From the human T2T-CHM13v2.0 reference genome, Homo sapiens, in assembly GCF_009914755.1 (NCBI RefSeq), contig NC_060939.1: a stretch of 64,000 nt of DNA; one strand, written 5' to 3'. The translations under genes were made by a program, and so were the position numbers. Below the pieces are notes generated by a model. That model saw nothing but the letters and a program-made list of their open reading frames with translations, made no database searches and had not been told where the DNA came from. Positions 58,386 through 64,000 of this stretch are shown in pieces. Numbering within the stretch: the stretch's first letter is position 1; every line of letters begins with the position of its first letter.

Positions 58386-60699
58386 AACAGCTAGCACCAG
58401 AATTACTCTTTGAAGGGAACTAACGACATGGAGAAAAATACATTGTTGGGATATTTGGGAGTGAAAATATAATGCTTTAGAAGGTCTGGAAGGAAAAAGC
58501 AGAGCTGGTAGACTAGGACAGAACAAGAAGTGAATTGTTCCGCATAGAGAGCCAGAGGATTTGCTCTTATTCCCCAGAGGAAACAGGGAGTGGGGAAAGA
58601 GAATGAGGTCTGACTTGTATGGCCAGAGCCTGGGGCCCAGATTGGCAGGGATGGTCCTGCAAGGACTATGGTGTGTCAAATCAAGTCTTTATGGTTTCCC
58701 TCATTTTCCTTCCCAATGTTTTAAGTTTGCTTCCCACCCAATGGCCATGTGTGAGAAATCCATGTGACTGCTCACTAGTGACAGAGTGAAGTGCTGCATG
58801 GCCATCATCACAGCCCTGATTAGCACACCTGAGCAATAAGCTGAGTGAATTCACAAGAAACAGGAGCTCAGGGGCAGAGGTGAGAGCAAAGCCATGAGCC
58901 GCCTCCTCTTCTCATTTCCAGAGACTGGGAGGACGGGGTCTCATCACAAGTGGGATGAAGTTTAAACGAACTTCGGTAAGATTTCAAAGGGCAACATAAT
59001 GAAACTGACACGTTCCTGGCCCACAGATGATGGGCCTTCAAGCCCCATAGCTGCAAACAATACAGATGGGCACACTGAGGCCTGCAGCAGGGAAGGGACT
59101 TAGCCAAGGTCATTCAGCTCTTTGGTGGAGGAGCTGGGACCAGAACTCAGGCTTTCCCTAAACATCATGTCATTTTCTTCCACTCTGTGTAGTGCCTGTG
59201 TCCTCAAATTGACCATGGAGGCCTAGAAACAGGGTCTGTCCAAGACTGTGGCATTTGCTGGATTTTATAATTGGACAAATTTAGGTTACTGTACATGCCA
59301 GCAAAAGCTATTGTTTATCTAAAGGTTGGGATCACATCTGTGCCGATTGGCCATCTGGGAGAGCCATCTGTCACTTGGGGGAATCCTAAGGGGATCTGGC
59401 AGGGGTAGATGAGGTCCTGGGAATGGGTAGAGTCAGGAATGCTGCTAGTAGCCTCCAGGCCTCAATTACCAAGAGCCTCTTCACCTTGTGCTGTCTTTAC
59501 TTGTCTGTGATGAAGAGCCTGGGAAACAGCTCCTCCCAGCTGCTGCGATGTCACATTTGCAGTTATTGAATACAGAAGGTTTACTTTCACCAGTCTCAGG
59601 ACCAGGACCCGGGAGAGGCATCACAACAGAAGGTCTTATCTGGGAGGCTACCTCCTTTGTGCATGCCCTGTATTCCAAGGTAATCAGGGTGGCTCAGCAG
59701 AGCCTATGAAATTCACTCAGTTCTCTCTGTTCCTTTCCTGTCACGGAGATTGCCCTGCAGGTACAGATAGGTGTAATGAAGCTGAAATTGTGGTTGAAAC
59801 AAGGGGATGCTGCAGGTCAAGGCAGCCACGGGTTTAACCCTTAGCTCACAACCACCAGGTTTGAGCAATGGCTGTCCCCAAAGAGTGAGCGAGCCAGGCA
59901 GTTTGTCTCCTCATGGGTCTGGGGAGGGCTGAGGAAGGGAACTGCCTATCCTGAGTTGATTACTAGAGCAACCAAACAAGAGAGGAAGAAGAACGAAAAT
60001 ACTATGCAAATACGGCAGCCTGCTTTTGTCTCTTCTAACCACAAACTTTAAACGTTTGATAACAACATCAAAACAGCAAGTTTCTTTATCCCCGCTATTG
60101 TGTCAAATGATGGATTCAAGAAAGAGAGGTTAAGGAGATTTAGTCAGGGTCAGCCAGCAAATCAGTAAATCCTGGAAATGATTCAGTCTCTCTGCTCTCT
60201 CCTACTTCCCTTCACTGTTTTCTACTGCCATTTAAATAGGAAGCTGTGTGAGCAAACAAAACATCATAGGTCCTTTCTAGCAGGAATGCAAACAAACGCT
60301 AAAAGTCATTTCCATTTTTGACTGGATGCAAATAAATTTTAGGTATTCTCTCTCTTTATGTGTTTCCTGAATGATTGCCCAGTCATGTTTTGAAAGTGGG
60401 AGAAAGAGAATGTTTCTGAACCAGAAAAGTGACCCTAGGACTAACTAGTTTTTCATAGGGGAAAACAGGTCTGTGACTGACCTGTGTATTTATCTATTAG
60501 CTGGTTAATGACCTGTTGCTACGCCGCTTTAGGATTTGGGAGAGTGCAGGAAGTATATTTTTGCTGACTTTGAGGAGAAGTTTAAAATGACCTCTGGAAA
60601 CCTACTCAAGGCGGCCCTGTGATTTTTGTGGGGATGTAGGGGAGGGTTGTCTAACGTTAAAAAGTCTATCCCAACGTGGTGTACTTCAGGAAGTCTTCC

Positions 60700-60980
60700 C
60701 TGGACATACCACCCTCCCCGCACATTCCATATCCTCTTCCTAACTCTGTTTTCTCTTTCTCTTTAACATTTAGCACTATTTACCATATTATGTTTTTAAA
60801 TTATTTATCACTATGTAAACATAGTTTTTATTTTATTTGTTTATCTTCTCCCCTAGTAGAATCTAAGTTTCATGATGGCAGATATTTTTCTTATTTTGTT
60901 CATTGTTTTATCCCCAGGATCTATTACAGAGCCTGGCACAGGGCATTGCTCAGGTATGACTGATTGAATAAATGGATGAA
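60700..60980 (+). mobile_element. L2 3' end
   Basis: 'tagaatctaagtttcatgatggcag...gcctggcacagg...ttgaataaatggatgaa'. Confidence 0.75.
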
Positions 60981-61081
60981 AGCGGATCAAAATGATAAAT
61001 CATCAAAATGCTTATAAAACATCTGCTGTATGCGAAGCACTACAAGGTGATTTAAACAAGTATAAATCATAATAATTCCCT

Positions 61082-61463
61082 TGTATTAGTCTGCTTGGGC
61101 TGCCATAACAAAATACCACGGACCAGGTGGCTTATGCGACAGAAACTTATTTTCTCACAGTTCTGGAGGCTGGAAGTTCAAGATCAAGGTATCAGCAGGT
61201 TTGGTTTATTCTGAGGCCTCTCTCCTTGGTTTGCAAACAGTTGACCACCTTCTCTCTGTGTCCTCACATGGTCACCCCTTAGCCTGTGTCCAAATGTCCT
61301 CACATTTTAAGGACACCAATCAGACTGGATTACAGCCCACCCTAAGGGCCTCATTCTAACTTAGTCACTTCTTTAAAGGCCCTATCTCTAAATACCTTCT
61401 GAGATCCTGGGGGTTGAAGTAATCCTAAGAATGTTGGAGGGGGATATAATTCAGCCCATATTA
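61082..61463 (-). mobile_element. MLT1A/B-like MaLR solo LTR
   Basis: 'tgtattagtctgcttgggctgccataacaaaatacca...ctcacagttctggaggctggaagttcaagatcaagg'. Confidence 0.9.
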
Positions 61464-62334
61464 CTCCTTAAAAGGTATAAGATATATTAGAAAACCAAGA
61501 CAGAGATCCTTAGATATAAAAAACCACCACATTATCGGGGAGAAAGAACACATGATATATAAGAAGTATAAGACATATCTGCAAGACAGATAATGACGCA
61601 GTGCAGTGTAGTAGGCATGCAGTAGCTCCTCCTCTTTTTTAGGTCTTGAGCAAAATACATACACTTCTGAGTCTTGTTCCTTGTCTGAAAAATAGGAATA
61701 ATCAGATTGCTGAGACTAAATGGGATAATTTATGCCACATTCTCAACAGCTTGCGATGTAGTAGGTGTAGAGTAGATGCCGCTTACCTTCTTTCTCTCCT
61801 CTCTTCAAAAATATTCTGTTAGTTTTGGGTGCCACATTTTAACAGGGACCCTGACGGCATTCTGAAGACTATTGGTTCTAGGTGATTCTTTCCTTCCCCC
61901 TCCCAAAAGTGATATAACTTTCTTCTCTGATTATGTAACAATGTACATTCGTGTTGAAAAATCCTAACTAGAGACAAGTGAGGTAGAAAGTGAACAGAAC
62001 CCCATAACAAATACCCACCCTGGCAGATGATAACCACTGTTTACAGTTTGGTGTCTAGCCTCTGGCCTTTTTCTGTTTTTATATAAACATATATTTGTTT
62101 TTCATATAAAAGTAAAGTAATTCATAATGGGTCTCTTTCTATGTCACTATGTATATATCCAGCCCATTTGTTTTTACATTTGCATTTCATTATATCGGGG
62201 AAGGGGGTGGGGAATGGGAAGACTCCCAGCACACAGTGAGGAATGCCCAGTTATACAAACTCATTTTTCTCTAGAACTGTTCAGGACCTTTAATATACAC
62301 AGTGACTATCCAAGAGGATGATACAGAAAGTGGT

Positions 62335-62990
62335 ATGTGCCCCGTTATTAAACTGTTTTGTCTCAGCTGTAAATGCCACCCCCCCCCCCCCTCAACTCTG
62401 CCTGTAGTGCTGGGATTACAACTCTGCAAACCTCATTTCAGCCCGCCAGATTCCCTGTTAAACTCTGCCACTAAGGGGTGCTGGTGGATGGGGATGGGGA
62501 GAATGCAGGAGGGACTTCCTGTATGTTTCCTGCCTGTTTCCTGCCTGTAAGCATCCTAGCAGTGCTTCCCATTGACAGCAGCAAGTACTTTTGTAGCCCC
62601 AGCTGAATAGTTTGTTTCTTTCTCAACACTTACAGAACCAGCCTCTTGCATAAGAGGTTCCCCCACCAGGTGACTGGTACCCCTACTTCAGAGGTCTGGA
62701 TCCTAGACCCTCGGTGCCTCTCTTCTTTTGAGCTCAGAGTCTAGCACCCAACAAGTGGCACCCCCTCCTCAGAGATCAAAGCTTCAGCTCTGTGGTGCTT
62801 TCCCACAAGCTTATAGGATTTAAAAGAATCAGCCCTATGGACACCAGCTAGTATATTTAGTAATACTAACCCTAGGGGTGAACACTCCTTCCTGCATTTG
62901 CTACCTCTGTGATAACTTGGTGTGCTTCTACATCTTCAGTTGCTTGGTTAATGATTTTATACCTTTATATTAAATTCCTTCTGTTCAAAT
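62335..62990 (-). mobile_element. LTR41/LTR33-like ERVL LTR with a degenerate CTCF-like motif
   Basis: 'gtgctgggattacaactctgcaaacctcatttc...tctgccactaaggggtgctgg' resembles LTR41-family sequence. Confidence 0.55.
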
Positions 62991-63489
62991 GACTGGTAGG
63001 TTTCTATCACCTTTCTGGTCTGTGACTGATAGGAGACAATTAATATAGACCCTTCCTTAAGGAACAGCTCAAGGGTCCAGCATTTTGCTAAACACTCTTT
63101 GAGAAAGGTAGCTCTGAGCATTACTATTAAGTTAGAAAAAAAAATCATTTAAGAAAGGCTCAATTAGACTCCATGAGCCTCCCTGTAGAAATAAGGGAAA
63201 AGAGAGCAAAGGCTATATATGCTACCAATTTAATATGCAACCATCATTTTTCAGCAACTAGGTCTGCCATTAGTGAAAAGACTTTGAAGAATCACCAAGA
63301 TGCATATTGAAAGTTAACCCTAAGGAGTTATGTTTGAGCCAAGACTTGCGGATCTTGAACATTTAATCTTCATTTGAGTTCATTTTATCATTTGTTAAAG
63401 TCTTTTAGTCATTTTGGCTTAACCATTTGTCATGCTCCTTTTCTCTTAGATGTGTGGATTGGGACACCTTTTCTTTAAAATATAGTGCT

Positions 63490-63930
63490 CAACCCAAAAA
63501 GCCATGAATATTCCCTCTCCACTTTACAAAGCTAATTAAATTCTCTTTCCTACAATAGTATTGATTCTTCCTGCCAACTTTTCCTTTAAAATATCATTCA
63601 CACTCATCTTTTCCTACTCATTTCAGCTGCCACAACTTTCCTTTGCTTTCTTCTTCTCCTGCCTGGCCTGCTGTAGGAATCTTTCGACTATTCTAACTTC
63701 CAGCAGCTCCCTATTCCAGTTCACCCCCGCCATGTCATTACCAGACTGATTTGCTGTATTCACTAATTCCTCTGGTCGAAGCTCTTTCTTCAAAGTTTCC
63801 CACGTATCCACAGGTCCAACTTCCTTAGCATGATGTTCAGGTCTCCCTCAATCTAATCTTTGCAGTTTGATCTTCAGCAACTTATTTTCCTGACCCTATT
63901 ACTGCGGTCAAACAACTTACTCATTGTTCT
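63490..63930 (+). mobile_element. L2-like relic
   Basis: Pyrimidine-rich, 'gtccaacttccttagcatgatgttcaggtctccctcaatct'. Confidence 0.45.
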
Positions 63931-63942
63931 TAAATTGGCTGT

Positions 63943-63946
<4 letters not shown>

Positions 63947-63990
<44 letters not shown>
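63947..63990 (-). repeat. Poly(T)44 at the window edge
   Basis: Pure T run followed by non-Alu sequence 'gcctacaagc'. Confidence 0.95.
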
Positions 63991-63992
<2 letters not shown>

Positions 63993-64000
63993 CTACAAGC

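Overview
Mammalian non-coding genomic DNA, almost certainly human: it carries an AluYb8-type element, a human-specific subfamily. The window is an AT-rich intergenic or deep-intronic stretch. It is dominated by interspersed repeats: about 16 Alu/FLAM copies, L1 and L2/L3 relics, MIRs, MaLR/ERVL/ERV1 solo LTRs, hAT-Charlie MERs and microsatellites. I recognise no protein-coding exon, RNA gene, CpG island or processed pseudogene, and I cannot name the locus. The listed ORFs look like chance or repeat-derived frames. Between the repeats are several unique, CpG-retaining blocks that look like enhancers or non-coding exons (about 9.3-10.9, 32.4-33.9, 41.0-41.5 and 56.4-56.8 kb). I found no convincing new biological system. 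The best leads are a young Alu that is a Yb8/Ya5 mosaic, two candidate 9-nt microexons (one fitting a speculative minus-strand spliced small ORF), structurally odd Alus that keep their TSDs, an old 148-bp tandem duplication split by an AluY, and a palindromic TAATCC pair in a putative enhancer. Repeat subfamily calls are from memory of consensus sequences, and the boundaries of old repeats are approximate.
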